From a virus: a stretch of DNA of 64,000 bases. Below, piece after piece: positions 9,952 to 20,120 of this stretch (positions are counted from its first letter, which is position 1; each line of letters starts with the position of its first letter). The stretch is taken from positions 32,001-96,000 of the IMG/VR virus record IMGVR_UViG_3300047462_000185. The stretch is one strand, 5' to 3'. Under the pieces are notes generated by a model. That model ran no database searches and had not been told where the DNA came from. It saw nothing but the letters and a program-made list of their open reading frames with translations. The position numbers and the translations under genes are program-made.

Positions 9952-10389
9952 TCAGGAGGCTGTATTCCGTGGGTTGACGAGGAATGGGTATTTGACCTCG
10001 CGGCCGAGCACTTGAGAGGCCCAGGCGAGCGGTTCCTTCCAGTCGCGCTCATCACCATCCGATGTGACTTTGATCGCGTCAGAGCAATGCTCCTTCGCTA
10101 TCGCCAGCACCGCGCAAACAACCGTGTCGTATGGCTTTGACGCCGTCTTGCAGAACGAGAAGCTGTCCGACGGGACACGCTCCAGGATGAAAGTCTCGTG
10201 GCCGTCCGGATCGGGGGTTCCGTTAAACCGGATCACGTAGCTGCCGACGTATGGCGGTTCCGGATCATCTTCCTCGTATGCCAGCTTGCAGGGGGCTGCG
10301 CTAATCAGTTTGAACGCATCGTCAGCGATTTTCTGCCAGCGGTCCGATGGGATGCTCTTGTTCTGACGCCAATAATGGGTGTAACCCAT
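9952..10389 (-). CDS. Hypothetical phage protein
   Basis: MGYTHYW...HETF...FCKTASKPYD..V..VL..SDG, a recurrent phage family pattern. Confidence 0.7.
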   Translation of the reverse strand: MGYTHYWRQNKSIPSDRWQKIADDAFKLISAAPCKLAYEEDDPEPPYVGSYVIRFNGTPDPDGHETFILERVPSDSFSFCKTASKPYDTVVCAVLAIAKEHCSDAIKVTSDGDERDWKEPLAWASQVLGREVKYPFLVNPRNTAS

Positions 10390-10396
10390 GTGGTTT

Positions 10397-10447
10397 CCTT
10401 TCTGCCGGTGAGCGCCGGCTGATCGCCCCGCACCTGGTGCGGGAAGG
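10397..10447 (-). ncRNA. Hammerhead-like element H3 (type III; core GCGAUCA)
   Basis: CC-UU-CCCGCAC/GUGCGGG-GCGAUCA-GCCGG/CCGGC-A-GAAA-GG. Confidence 0.7.
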
Positions 10448-10462
10448 CCCCGCGCTAGGCGG

Positions 10463-10729
10463 CTAGGAGGACGGCTCAACGATGGTTTCGAGAACGTCGA
10501 TGGTCTCAAACCGGATCACCTTGAGGCCCAGCCCGGCGTGCTCAGCAAGCACGATTGCAGCGCCGCGCATCTGTTCGAGAATGCCGCGATTGCCATGAAT
10601 CATCGGAAAGGTATCGAGCCCCAACGTGATAGAGGGGATTCCCTCTTTTCCCTTTCCGTCGAAAACGACGAAGGCGAAATACTCGGTGATCGGATCACGC
10701 AGAGGCATGTTTTTCAGAACGTCAGGCAT
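10463..10729 (-). CDS. Hypothetical protein
   Basis: GAGGAG RBS inside H4. Confidence 0.65.
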   Translation of the reverse strand: MPDVLKNMPLRDPITEYFAFVVFDGKGKEGIPSITLGLDTFPMIHGNRGILEQMRGAAIVLAEHAGLGLKVIRFETIDVLETIVEPSS

Positions 10730-10736
10730 TGGGTAT

Positions 10737-10783
10737 CTCCTCGGTCCGGCACTATTGCCGGGGAAGCCTATTCTGGCTTTTCG
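10737..10783 (-). ncRNA. Hammerhead-like element H4 (type II; core CCGAGGA; UUC triplet)
   Basis: C-GAAA-AGCC/GGCU-UC-C-CCGGCA/UGCCGG-A-CCGAGGA-G. Confidence 0.7.
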
Positions 10784-11543
10784 GATGAGCCCTGGACCGG
10801 CGCCGGCGGCGGCTCAGGCCCCGCGCCTTCCTTGTCGTCGGGCGGAGCGGCGGGCGGCTGGTTGATCTTCTGGATCAGGTCATGGGCCAGTTCGGCCGCA
10901 ATCTTGTAGTGCAACTCGCGATCGAGGGCCGGCATGTTGGTGCGCCGCATCGTCTCCTCGATGATCAGGAAAGCGGCAAAAAGCATGTCCTGCATGGGCC
11001 GCTCGTTCAGCAGCGCGACGAGGATATTGTATGTCGCCATCGTGGCGGGAAACCGCATCTGAAGCAGGGCGCGTAGCTGAACGTCGAGGAATTTGGTGCG
11101 CTCGTGCGCCACCACCTCATCGGGCGAAGGGACAATGTTGAACAGCCTCATCGCGTCTTTCTCGTCCATGACTTCCTCGGCCTGGTTGAACAGGTAGGCC
11201 GCGGCGCGGCCTTTCAATTGGGTTTGGTAAGCCCGGAGCCACGGCCGATCAATCGGGATTGCTCGGTTTCGGCGTAATCGATGAAGCTCTTGGCGAGGCT
11301 TTGCATAGCGGCCTCGGTGCGGTTCCGCTCCTCCGGGGTGAAATTGCCATTGCGATAGACAGCCTCCAGTTCGGCGTGGAGCACGAACAGGATGATGATC
11401 TTCGATAACGGTTCGGCCATCAGAACGCCGGCGATGCGCTGACCGAGCTGAGTGACCTTCGATCTGTTGAGATCGATCATCATCTTCAGCTGGGCGGCCA
11501 ATCTTTCCTCGGCAGACATCTGGGAAATTCTGTCGTCTGGCAT
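10768..11543 (-). CDS. Two coupled hypothetical proteins (10768-11217, 11214-11543)
   Basis: Clean ORFs with 4 nt overlap, bracketed by H5 and H4. Confidence 0.6.
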
Positions 11544-11550
11544 TGGGTAT

Positions 11551-11606
11551 CTCCTCAGTCCGGCACTATTGCCGGGGAGCCCGACGGGTGCGCCGTCAGG
11601 GTTTCG
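11551..11606 (-). ncRNA. Hammerhead-like element H5 (type II; core CUGAGGA; CUC triplet)
   Basis: C-GAAA-C-CCUGACGG/CCGUCGGG-CUC-C-CCGGCA/UGCCGG-A-CUGAGGA-G. Confidence 0.7.
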
Positions 11607-11838
11607 TCGCGCGATTTTGCGTCTTCAGTTCGCGGTCAATCTCATGCCGCTCGGTTGTTGTCGTTTCCGATTGGTATAATTCATCCAACAGCCACGCCGT
11701 GGCCCGGCATGACGCCGCGATGCCGTCGCGCTTGCCGCAATAGGACGCAACAACCCGCTGCGCTGCTTCAATCGCTACGACGGCTCGCCGAAGCTTGGTG
11801 AGGTCTTCCATCGTCAGGTTTGTGCCAGATTCTGGCAT
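11596..11838 (-). CDS. Hypothetical protein
   Basis: Lies between H6 and H5; stop inside H5 stem III. Confidence 0.55.
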   Translation of the reverse strand: MPESGTNLTMEDLTKLRRAVVAIEAAQRVVASYCGKRDGIAASCRATAWLLDELYQSETTTTERHEIDRELKTQNRATKP

Positions 11839-11844
11839 TGGGTC

Positions 11845-11922
11845 TAACCTTTTCAACCGACGCACGATTGCGTCGAAACGCATCGAGCCGCAGGGAATGC
11901 CTGCGGCTCGATGTTTCGGTCA
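11845..11922 (-). ncRNA. Hammerhead-like element H6 (type II; core UUGAAAA, U3-A8)
   Basis: UGACC-GAAA-14 bp hairpin-CG-UU-UCGACGCA/UGCGUCGG-UUGAAAA-GGUUA. Confidence 0.7.
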
Positions 11923-13378
11923 GATGCTCAGTCGCTTGCAGATCTTGTCGACCTGCCCGCCAACTGTGGCAAGCTTGCTCGCAAGGTCCTCGGTCGAAGC
12001 GTCAACCGCTTCGGCGACGATGTCTTGCAGGCTGGGGGCTGTCTTGGACGGCACCTTGGTCTCCAGCAGGTCGAGATGCTGCTGCATCCCGGCCGCCGCG
12101 TCGGCGATGTCCTGGTCGGTAATGACGAACTGGCCTCCTCCGGCCCGACCGATCGCATAGAGCTTGGCGCGCTCCACGGCTTCACGGATCACGGCAGGAA
12201 TCTGGCCGGCCAAGACGAGGCCCGCGCGCTCCAGGGTGTCGGCCGCATCGAGGCGGGTGCGCCCATACAGGCGCATCAGCTTGCGAGCCGCCGGCGCGTC
12301 CGGGGGCGTCACGTCGATCACCGCATCGAGCCGACCAGGGCGAAGCATCGCCTTGTTGATCTGCTCGACGTGGTTGGTGGTAAGCGCCACCATGATCTCG
12401 GTGTTCTTCGACTGCACGCCATCGATCGTGTTCAGAATGTCGTCGATCTTCACGGTGCGGTCAGCGCCGGACAAGACCCGGTCGATGTCCTCCGCGAAGA
12501 TGACGCAGGGCTGGTAGGCCTTGGCGAAATCCAAAAGCGTTCGCGAGACCCTTGACCCGCTTCAGCAGCAGGAAGGTCCAGCCGTGCTCGACGGCGATCT
12601 TGGCCGTGGCATGGGCGGTCAGCGTCTTGCCCGTGCCGTAGCGGCCCGAGAGCAGCACACCCCGCTTCAGCGGGATCTTCTGCTCGCGGCACGCCGCGGT
12701 GTGCTTGATCGGGGTCCAGAGCGACGTTTCGATCTGCCGCTCCGTCACCTCGCTGAACACCAGCTCGGTCGTGTCGATCTTGGTCGTGTCGAGGAAGTTC
12801 AGTTCGTCATAGTCCAGGTCACCGTCATCATCGGCTGTCATCGCGAAGGCTTTGCCCTTGTAGATGGACTGCTCCGCGATGAACTTCCGGGTCAGATGTG
12901 CCAGTTCCACGATGGTCTTGTGGAACCGGCGCTCCACCTCGCCACCGATCAGGAAATTCAGACCGGTCTTGCTGCGCCAGGTGTCGCAGGCGACATAGCC
13001 GACGATGCCGGGGATCTCGAAGCGACCCCACACCACCGACATACGCTTGCCGTTGGCACCGATGGTGACATCGAGCGTTTGGGGTGGGTTGTGGCCCCAG
13101 AATCCCGGCGTCGGGACGGCTTCCGCCCAGCCGAACATCGTCGCCATCGCACGGTAAAACGCGACGGCGCCGTCGAGATAATGAGCGTTGATCTTCTCAT
13201 TGATCGCGACCTTCTGGGTCTCCTCGCGCAGCTTGCGCTGCAACGTGTCGATCGCGGTGGGCAAGCCCATCTCGGCCGGCTGGGCCGGTAGCGTGATGTG
13301 CTCGCCAAAGTGGCGAACCGGAACGTCGATCCCTTTGAAGGGATCTTCGAGAACGGCTGGGGTAAACGAATCAGGCAT
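11920..13378 (-). pseudogene. AAA+ ATPase split by a +1 frameshift near 12533
   Basis: Walker A GRYGTGKT in 12461-13378; Walker B VIFAEDID and LRPGRLD in 11920-12534; removing one T from GCTTTTGGAT restores ...LANALDFAKAY. Confidence 0.8.
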
Positions 13379-13475
13379 TTGTTTGTCCTGTTGTTGTGTC
13401 GCGGGGAGCAGCGCGACGGGAAAACTCCCAGCGCTCGCCAACCGTCATGGGGAAGGACGGCGAGGCTTCTGCGGC

Positions 13476-14129
13476 TCAGTTGTTGGTCCGAGCCGTGTCT
13501 TCAGGGGAGTATTCAGGAAGATCGATGTCGCGAAGAAGGTTGGAAAAGCGGCCAGTGCAGTTCTCGCGAAGTTCGTCATCCTTGTCTGGCACCAAGGCAG
13601 CGATATTGCCTTCGGTGTCGCGAATGATATCGAACATCGTGAGTTTTCGGACTGTCTGCGTTTCGCAGGTCATCACGACCACCTCGCGCCGGTCTGGCTG
13701 CTCCGAGGGTAGAAAATTCGGATCAGCCTTTAAGGCCTCAGGTGTGGACGTCGCGGTCCACGCTTCCATGACAAGGTAGATCAGGTCGGTGTTGCTCATG
13801 GAGCCGGCAAGTATCAGAGCGCCGGCCAGGGCATCTTTGAGATACGCCGAATTCGGCATGTCGCCCACGACGACCGGCACGAACATGCCGGATGAAGAAA
13901 CAAAGAAAGCGGTGAACGGACAGCTAGTCTTGCCGCGCAAGCTTGCCTCGATCATGGGACGAATTACGTCTCGCATGTGGCCGATCGGATCGGCTAATTG
14001 CTTGGCCACAATGTCGCGGGTGCGCTGCTCATATTTGCGCTTGGATAGTTCCACGACGTGAAAGACCAGATCCTTCAAGCTGCCGAACCTGACCTCGTCA
14101 TACTGTGGCGCGTTATGCGCTTCGCTCAT
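13476..14129 (-). CDS. Hypothetical protein
   Basis: MSEAHN..; MEAW..PSEQPDRREVV motif; RBS inside H7. Confidence 0.65.
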   Translation of the reverse strand: MSEAHNAPQYDEVRFGSLKDLVFHVVELSKRKYEQRTRDIVAKQLADPIGHMRDVIRPMIEASLRGKTSCPFTAFFVSSSGMFVPVVVGDMPNSAYLKDALAGALILAGSMSNTDLIYLVMEAWTATSTPEALKADPNFLPSEQPDRREVVVMTCETQTVRKLTMFDIIRDTEGNIAALVPDKDDELRENCTGRFSNLLRDIDLPEYSPEDTARTNN

Positions 14130-14193
14130 GGGGTATCTCCTCAGTGCCGCGCAGAATTGCGTGGCGTATGCCTTGGGGCATTTCGCTGAGCGA
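14122..14193 (-). ncRNA. Hammerhead-like element H7 (type II; canonical CUGAGGA, GAAA, AUA triplet)
   Basis: UCGCUCA-G-C-GAAA-UGCC/GGCA-UA-C-GCCACGCA/UGCGCGGC-A-CUGAGGA-G..UGAGCGA. Confidence 0.8.
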
Positions 14194-14314
14194 GACGACG
14201 CGCCGAATGGCGTTGATCCGCTTGCATATATGGTGATTTCCCGTTGCCCAGGCAACATGAAATCACATGGTCATGTGTTTTTCAAGCGGTTTTCACATGG
14301 TCCTGTGCGAATTC

Positions 14315-14328
14315 GTTCCACGTGGAAC
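14315..14328. promoter_or_regulatory. parS-like palindrome
   Basis: GTTCCACGTGGAAC matches the bacterial chromosomal parS consensus; intergenic, 0.9 kb from a ParB-like gene. Confidence 0.65.
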
Positions 14329-14334
14329 ACGGCG

Positions 14335-14562
14335 TCACAGGAGGGGGTCGAACTTCTGCTGCGCTGCGATGAAGTCCTGCGCGGCGCGGGCGGCGGCGAG
14401 ATATTCGACCGAGGGCCGCTTGTCGATCTCCTGGCCGGGCCGGTAGGTGGCCCACACTGCATCCCTGAGCGGCTTGGGCAGGCTGAACCAGTGCTGCTTG
14501 CACATGAACATCCGGGGCGGCACGGCCCGCTGGCAGCCCGGCGCGTGGCAGGTGTGGGGCAT
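14335..14562 (-). CDS. Small Zn-finger protein
   Basis: MPHTCHAPGC..MCKQHWFSLP. Confidence 0.6.
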   Translation of the reverse strand: MPHTCHAPGCQRAVPPRMFMCKQHWFSLPKPLRDAVWATYRPGQEIDKRPSVEYLAAARAAQDFIAAQQKFDPLL

Positions 14563-14820
14563 TACTGGGGCAACTCCATGTCCCATTCGTGGCCGCAAAT
14601 GTCGCACCGCATCGTCACGATATCGCCGCCGGGATATCCGTCGCGGTCAGCGATCTCGTATGCGGCCGGATGAACAGCCGGCGTCGGACCGCCCTTATGC
14701 CAGGGATTCAGTTCCGTGCAGACGAAACGCACTTTCTGAGGCGCTCTCTCAGGATTTGTCATCGACCGCTGCCGTCGCACTCAGGCGCAGCTTTCGCGCG
14801 CTCGCGATACGACTGCGACA

Positions 14821-15213
14821 TCAGGCCATTTCCTCGGCGCGGGCCTGGTGACGCGCCAGGGTGTGCAGCCGACCCAGCACCGAGCTACCCGCACGGGGTG
14901 GAACCATCTGCTTGCCTGTCAGGTGCGCCGAGACGCCCTGAGCCGCGAGGCGCAGGATGAAAGCATCATCTTCGGCGGTGAAAACGCGCACCACCCGTCC
15001 GGCGCGGTAGTTGACCGGCTTACGGACGGGGATCGCAGTCTGGCGCCGCAGTTCGGTCGGCAGATCGACGCCGTGGGTCAGGCAATGCCAGGCGATGCAA
15101 CCGGGCGACACGCCGAACCGCCGGGCAATCTCTGGGAAACCCAGGCCCTCGACCTCACGCATCTGGAACGCTCGGTCGAGGTCGTCCTGGCTGAGCTTGG
15201 CGATGCGCCTCAT
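14821..15213 (-). CDS. HTH DNA-binding protein
   Basis: GLGFPEIARRFGVSPGCI; second Myb-like FTAEDDAFIL segment. Confidence 0.65.
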   Translation of the reverse strand: MRRIAKLSQDDLDRAFQMREVEGLGFPEIARRFGVSPGCIAWHCLTHGVDLPTELRRQTAIPVRKPVNYRAGRVVRVFTAEDDAFILRLAAQGVSAHLTGKQMVPPRAGSSVLGRLHTLARHQARAEEMA

Positions 15214-16862
15214 TCCGCGGCCTCCTGCTGCCCGGCCTCCTCGTCGGCCTCCGAATCACCCTCGCCGTCATCGTCATCACCGGGTCGCGCCACGATGGGC
15301 GCCCGGTCGTCGAACCAGCCCGGCGGCGTCCAACCCGGCAGCTTGCCGACCAGCTGTGCGCGCAGCTTCGCCCCGGTCTTGGCCGGGACCATCTCCTTGC
15401 CCTCGGCCAGCAGCGCCAGCACGTCCGCATTGACGTGCGCCAGGAATTCCTCGGTGTCGAACCGTGGCTGCTCGACGTGGAAAATCTGGCTGCCAATCCA
15501 CCCCACGGCAGGGCCGCTCCCGATGCCCTTGCCGTCCGAGACTTGGATGATGCGGGACAGCGCCTCGCCGGCCATGATCTTCAGATCATCGACGCTCGCG
15601 CTGTTGGTGGGCCACGCCAGGGCGCGCTCCGCAATGTCCTCCATATTTTCGGTGCGCCACGCCACGCCATCCCTGGTGATCCGCAGATTGCTGGCCGCCA
15701 GCGCGATCAGCAGAAGCCTGATCATATTGGCGTCGCTGAGCGCCCGGATTTCGTCGGAGAACGCCTCGGCGAAGAAGCCGCGCTTCATCTCGTTCAGCAG
15801 GATTGCGCCCTTCTTGTCGATCGGCGGCTTCACTGTGACCGGCTTAGGGTCATCCTGGATCGCCGCTCGGCCCGGCGCGCCCTTCTTTTTCGCGCCGGCT
15901 TCGCTGATTGCGGCCGCCGTGGCGCGACCCATGCCATAGCCCTCGGGCACGACGCCGATCAGTAGCTTGCGGTCCGGACCCGGGCTGCGGATCGGCTTGC
16001 GCGCGTCGAACTGGATGGTGTGTTCCATCTTCCAGCCGGCCGGCGCCACCAGCAGGCCGGTCGGCCCGACCTCGCCATAGACGGCATGCTTGCTCTTGGC
16101 GGCCAACGCCTTCACGGCCTGCACCTGGCAGGCCATGAACTTTTTCGTGTCCGACGTGGTGAACCGGTCGTCGGCGTCAGGCTCGGCGAACAGGTCCTCG
16201 TCCCAGACGATGCCGAATGCGTCAGGATCGAACAGGGCATCGACCTTGTTCAGTCGCATCACCTCGCAGTGCCGCGCGATGTAATGCCACCGCGGCTCCC
16301 GCGCGCCCTTCGGGCCAGCCCAGGAGTGGCGATGCGCGATAGCCGCCTTCTGCATATCGCGCGGAGCCGCGACGATCCGGCGCAGCTCGTGGGTATTCGG
16401 GATGCCGTGCTCGGCAATGGCGGCCAGAACGTCCGGATGCGCGCCCGCGAGCAGAGTCATGCGGCGCGCCGTGGTCTCGGGAATGCCCAGGGACTGGGCC
16501 GCCAGAGCGACCGACATTCCCCCGTCCTGCAGCGTCTTCATGGCGCGCCACTGGTCGACCGGGTTCATGCTGCTGCGAACCATGTTCTCAGCCGCTCCAG
16601 CGGCGACGATCTGATCGCCGGAGCCGGCATGGTCGATCGCCTCGATCTCGGTCCAGCCCAGCGCCTGAGCGGCCCGCCAGCGCCTCTCGCCAGCGACGAT
16701 GACGTAACGTCGACCACCTTCCGGATTGTCGCGCACCAGGATCGGCTGCAGCTGGCCCAGCGTGGACATGCTGATCCGCAGCGCCTCGTCCGCCTCCCTC
16801 GAAGGCTTGATCCGCCGCACATTGTCCGGATCCGGGGAGATGTGCGTGATATCGATTTTCAT
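15210..16862 (-). CDS. parB: ParB/RepB/Spo0J family protein
   Basis: GQLQPILVR..IVAGERRWRAA..ENMVR followed by HTH. Confidence 0.85.
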   Translation of the reverse strand: MKIDITHISPDPDNVRRIKPSREADEALRISMSTLGQLQPILVRDNPEGGRRYVIVAGERRWRAAQALGWTEIEAIDHAGSGDQIVAAGAAENMVRSSMNPVDQWRAMKTLQDGGMSVALAAQSLGIPETTARRMTLLAGAHPDVLAAIAEHGIPNTHELRRIVAAPRDMQKAAIAHRHSWAGPKGAREPRWHYIARHCEVMRLNKVDALFDPDAFGIVWDEDLFAEPDADDRFTTSDTKKFMACQVQAVKALAAKSKHAVYGEVGPTGLLVAPAGWKMEHTIQFDARKPIRSPGPDRKLLIGVVPEGYGMGRATAAAISEAGAKKKGAPGRAAIQDDPKPVTVKPPIDKKGAILLNEMKRGFFAEAFSDEIRALSDANMIRLLLIALAASNLRITRDGVAWRTENMEDIAERALAWPTNSASVDDLKIMAGEALSRIIQVSDGKGIGSGPAVGWIGSQIFHVEQPRFDTEEFLAHVNADVLALLAEGKEMVPAKTGAKLRAQLVGKLPGWTPPGWFDDRAPIVARPGDDDDGEGDSEADEEAGQQEAAE

Positions 16863-17320
16863 CTCGTGTTGCTCCGCTGATGACGTTCAAGGTGGCGCTG
16901 CACCGAGGCCGGCGGGTCGCGGGGCCGGTCGGCCAGCCCCTTGCAAATTTGCACGACCCTGTCGCACGTCTCGATGTCGAAATACCCGATGTGACAGGCC
17001 GACGGCGTCAGATCGAGCTGCATGGCGAGGTAGCCGTAGGCCGCGCTGCGCGACATCATGCCGCTGCGCCAGAGTGGGTCGAACGCGTTATGAACGCGTA
17101 TCTTCGCGGCACGCAGCGCCTTGTCGGCCAGGCGGCCCAGCGGTGTGACGGTGCCTTTGTGGCATCCCACCCAGGCACCGCACGGCACGCAGGCCCACAG
17201 CGGCCCGTAATCGCGCCCGTTGTAGAAGCGCTCCGAGGATTGGAAGAAGCGTGCCGGCTTCCCGCAATAAGGGCACGTCACCGTCACACCGGCCGTCGCC
17301 TCGGATGTCGTGCTGCTCAT
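16859..17320 (-). CDS. DUF3268-like Zn-finger protein
   Basis: CPYC..C..CGAWVGCH..PLGRLAD..AFDPLW..CHIG. Confidence 0.75.
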   Translation of the reverse strand: MSSTTSEATAGVTVTCPYCGKPARFFQSSERFYNGRDYGPLWACVPCGAWVGCHKGTVTPLGRLADKALRAAKIRVHNAFDPLWRSGMMSRSAAYGYLAMQLDLTPSACHIGYFDIETCDRVVQICKGLADRPRDPPASVQRHLERHQRSNTR

Positions 17321-17688
17321 CAGATGCCTCCACGTCGGTTGGCCGACATGGTCTGCCAGGCGTCACACAGCATCCGGGACGCCTCGCGCCTGGCGCGCAA
17401 CGTCTCGAACCGAGCTGTGGCGCTGGCGTGCTCCTTGACCGCGTTCTGGTATTGGGAGCTGGCGCGCGCCTCCCACTTCTTCGCGTCGGCGGACCGCTCC
17501 TCGGACATGCCGGCGGCCAGGGCCTCGATCGAGCCGATCATGAATTCGGTGCGCACCATCTCGCCGCGCGCCGCGCCGACCTCCTCGGCGGACAGGGCGA
17601 GGAAGTTGAGCGCTTCCTCGACCTGGTTCTCGGTGACGAAGGCGCGGCCCGGCGGTTCCCGCCGGCGCGCGTTGTTGTCGTGCGACAT
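17320..17688 (-). CDS. Hypothetical coiled-coil protein
   Basis: Clean ORF inside the recombination operon. Confidence 0.6.
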   Translation of the reverse strand: MSHDNNARRREPPGRAFVTENQVEEALNFLALSAEEVGAARGEMVRTEFMIGSIEALAAGMSEERSADAKKWEARASSQYQNAVKEHASATARFETLRARREASRMLCDAWQTMSANRRGGI

Positions 17689-17697
17689 GGGCGATCC

Positions 17698-18291
17698 CTA
17701 AAACGGTATCTCGTCGTCGAGATCGTTCGGCGGCGGCACGCCGCGGCCTCCATTGCCATTCCCGTTGCCTGGCGGAGCGCCCCGGTCATAGCCGCCGCGC
17801 CCGGCGTCACGCGCGTTCTGGCGATCGTCGCGGCGCCCGCCCCAGGCCCCATCCCCGCCACGCCCCGCGTCCCGGCCATTTCCGTTGCCCCGGTCGCCGC
17901 CATTGCCCTGGCTGCGGTCATAGCCGCCCCGGTCGCCGCCATTGCCCTGGCTGCGGCCTGAAGGCGATCCGCAGGGCACGACCTGACCGCCAGGACCGGC
18001 CACCACGACTTCCGAGACGTAGACCTTCTGGCCGTTCTTGTCGTAGCTGCGGTGCTGCAGCTGGCCCACGATGGTGATCAGGTCGCCCTTGCGCATGCTC
18101 TCGACGACTTTGCAGGCACCGCCATAAATCACCACCATGTGCCAGTCGGTGATCTCCTCGCCTTGCTGGTTCTTGTAGCGGGTCGTAGCGACGCTGAGGC
18201 GCGCCGCATCGTTGTCGCGGCCGATCTGCTTGATCTCGGGATCCTTGCCCAGCCGGCCGCACAGCGTGACGCTGTTGATCGAGGTTGCCAT
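17698..18291 (-). CDS. ssb: Single-stranded DNA-binding protein
   Basis: NSVTLCGRLGKDPE..TDWH..KGD; Gly-rich linker; C-terminal DLDDEIPF. Confidence 0.95.
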   Translation of the reverse strand: MATSINSVTLCGRLGKDPEIKQIGRDNDAARLSVATTRYKNQQGEEITDWHMVVIYGGACKVVESMRKGDLITIVGQLQHRSYDKNGQKVYVSEVVVAGPGGQVVPCGSPSGRSQGNGGDRGGYDRSQGNGGDRGNGNGRDAGRGGDGAWGGRRDDRQNARDAGRGGYDRGAPPGNGNGNGGRGVPPPNDLDDEIPF

Positions 18292-18297
18292 CTCCGG

Positions 18298-19113
18298 TTA
18301 CTCCGCCGCCGCTTGGTGTTCAGGCTGATCCGCGGGCGGCTCGCGATGCCACGTCTCGCGGTAGGTCGTGGTGACGAACGCCAGGGTCGCGGGCGACATC
18401 TTGCCGCGCAACTCGACATCATCGAGCCAGAACTTGTCCGCCTCGGCCGGGTCGGCCGCGTTCTTCAGCGCGGAGTTGAATGCGGCGACGAGCTTTCTGA
18501 ACGTCGCATCTTCCTTCGTTGCACTCGGCGGCGCAGAGGCCGGCGTGCGACCCGTGGGGCGGCGCGTCTCCTGCGGTGGCTCGGGCTGCTGCTGCTGCGC
18601 CATGTCGCGCTCGAGGGCGGCACGCTCGGCATCGTAGTCGCGGAAATGGTTGCCCTCGAAGATGTTGGCGTCGTCGTCCTCGTCACTGGCAAGGCAGAGG
18701 ATCGTGTTCACGCTGTAGCGGCGCATATAGGTCAGCTGCGAGCCAAACGCCTGCGGACCGCCACCCTCTTCCAGCGGCATTTCGCAGCTGATCCACTGGC
18801 CGCTCTTGTGAATGATGCGCGTGGTCAGCCACGGGCGCGGCTCGTAGGTGATGACCTGGATCACGGCCAGACCCGCATTCGCCATAGGGGCGCGGATCGT
18901 GTTCATGATGCTGCCGAGCGTGGCATACTTGAACTTGTAGGAGCCGCTCGACTTCGATCTGACCTCGACCTCGCGGTCGCGGGGCGGGTTCTGCACCTCT
19001 CCCTGGAACTGGACCAGGGCGGCATAGATTTCGACGATCTCTGCGCTCTCACGGCGGATCGGGGCAGGCACAACTTGCGCCGGCGGGGCCGACAGGATCG
19101 ATGCGTCGCTCAT
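18298..19113 (-). CDS. ERF family ssDNA-annealing protein
   Basis: KYATL..HKSGQWI..QAFGSQLTYMRRYS..EDDDAN. Confidence 0.9.
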   Translation of the reverse strand: MSDASILSAPPAQVVPAPIRRESAEIVEIYAALVQFQGEVQNPPRDREVEVRSKSSGSYKFKYATLGSIMNTIRAPMANAGLAVIQVITYEPRPWLTTRIIHKSGQWISCEMPLEEGGGPQAFGSQLTYMRRYSVNTILCLASDEDDDANIFEGNHFRDYDAERAALERDMAQQQQPEPPQETRRPTGRTPASAPPSATKEDATFRKLVAAFNSALKNAADPAEADKFWLDDVELRGKMSPATLAFVTTTYRETWHREPPADQPEHQAAAE

Positions 19114-20120
19114 TCTGCGGCCTCCTGGACCGGTTCTGCGGCCTGCTCGGCCGGTGCCTCATCGGGCATTTTGACGATGGTGACGGCGCCGTTCTTCGCC
19201 TTGCTGGCGCTGATGCCGTGGCCGAACGCGCGGCGCGCCTCCTTCGGGAAAAGCGCCTTGATGTCCTTCTTGGCGGCGTCGAGAATCTTCGCGGCCTCCT
19301 CGTGGTCGATGAACCGGTGTGCCGCATCGGCCCAGGCGTTGCTCGCCGTCATGTCGGTCTCGACCATGCTGCTTAGGTCGAGCACGGCGGGCGGCAGGTT
19401 CATCGCTTTTGGCTCGATGCCGCGCTCGACCGATTGCCAGAACCGCGCCTCGGCCTCGGCCAGTTCGGCCATATAGACCGGATCGAATTCGATGGGCTGG
19501 AGGATGTGCTTGTAGGTGCCCATCGTCATCGAGAGATAGGCGAACTCGGTGCCGGCGACCCACATGTTGTGCTGACATTGGGGCCAGAACTTTTCGATCA
19601 GCTCGGGCAGCTTCTGGAACCCCACCGCTGCCTTACACTCGACAATGCCTGTCATGCCGGCGATCGTGCTGAGCAGGAATCCGTCGAGCGAAGCGTGCCG
19701 GTGCGCCACCTTCGGATGTCGCGCCACCTCGCCGTGACGGGTGATGCGCGTCCCAGGCGCGCAGAAGCCCTGCGCCGCGGCCGCTTCCTCGGTGATGGCG
19801 AGGTTGAGACGTTCGAGCCAATGGCCGCAGCGCACCGTCAGGTCGCCCGAGATGTCATGGTGGGCGCGTTCGCCCCGCATGATCTCGGCCAGTTCGAGCA
19901 GCTTGCCCGGCTCGCCCTTGGCGATGATCCGGGCGTCCGAGCCGCCGATGCTGCGCTCGCGCTGGGCGCGCTGCTTGGGGGTGAGGCCGAGACTGGCCAG
20001 GTCGACGATACCGTCGGGCCGGAGCCCGTAATGGGGCGTCAGTGCTGCCATGACCGAGAGCAGCCGTTCGAGGGAAAGCTCCTCGCTGGCCGCGATGGCG
20101 GCCAATTCCTCATGATCCAT
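19110..20120 (-). CDS. YqaJ-like viral recombinase exonuclease
   Basis: IGGSD..ASLDG..VECK..QCQHNM. Confidence 0.85.
   Translation of the reverse strand: MDHEELAAIAASEELSLERLLSVMAALTPHYGLRPDGIVDLASLGLTPKQRAQRERSIGGSDARIIAKGEPGKLLELAEIMRGERAHHDISGDLTVRCGHWLERLNLAITEEAAAAQGFCAPGTRITRHGEVARHPKVAHRHASLDGFLLSTIAGMTGIVECKAAVGFQKLPELIEKFWPQCQHNMWVAGTEFAYLSMTMGTYKHILQPIEFDPVYMAELAEAEARFWQSVERGIEPKAMNLPPAVLDLSSMVETDMTASNAWADAAHRFIDHEEAAKILDAAKKDIKALFPKEARRAFGHGISASKAKNGAVTIVKMPDEAPAEQAAEPVQEAAE

Noticed and set aside
13395-13480. Another type II hammerhead-like element upstream of the AAA gene
   Set aside because: The topology can be drawn, but the 7 nt linker GUCGCGC lacks G5, A6 and A9; at most a fully decayed copy, so not counted
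17780-17958. Tandem repeats in the ssb 3' half
   Set aside because: Ordinary Gly-rich disordered SSB linker
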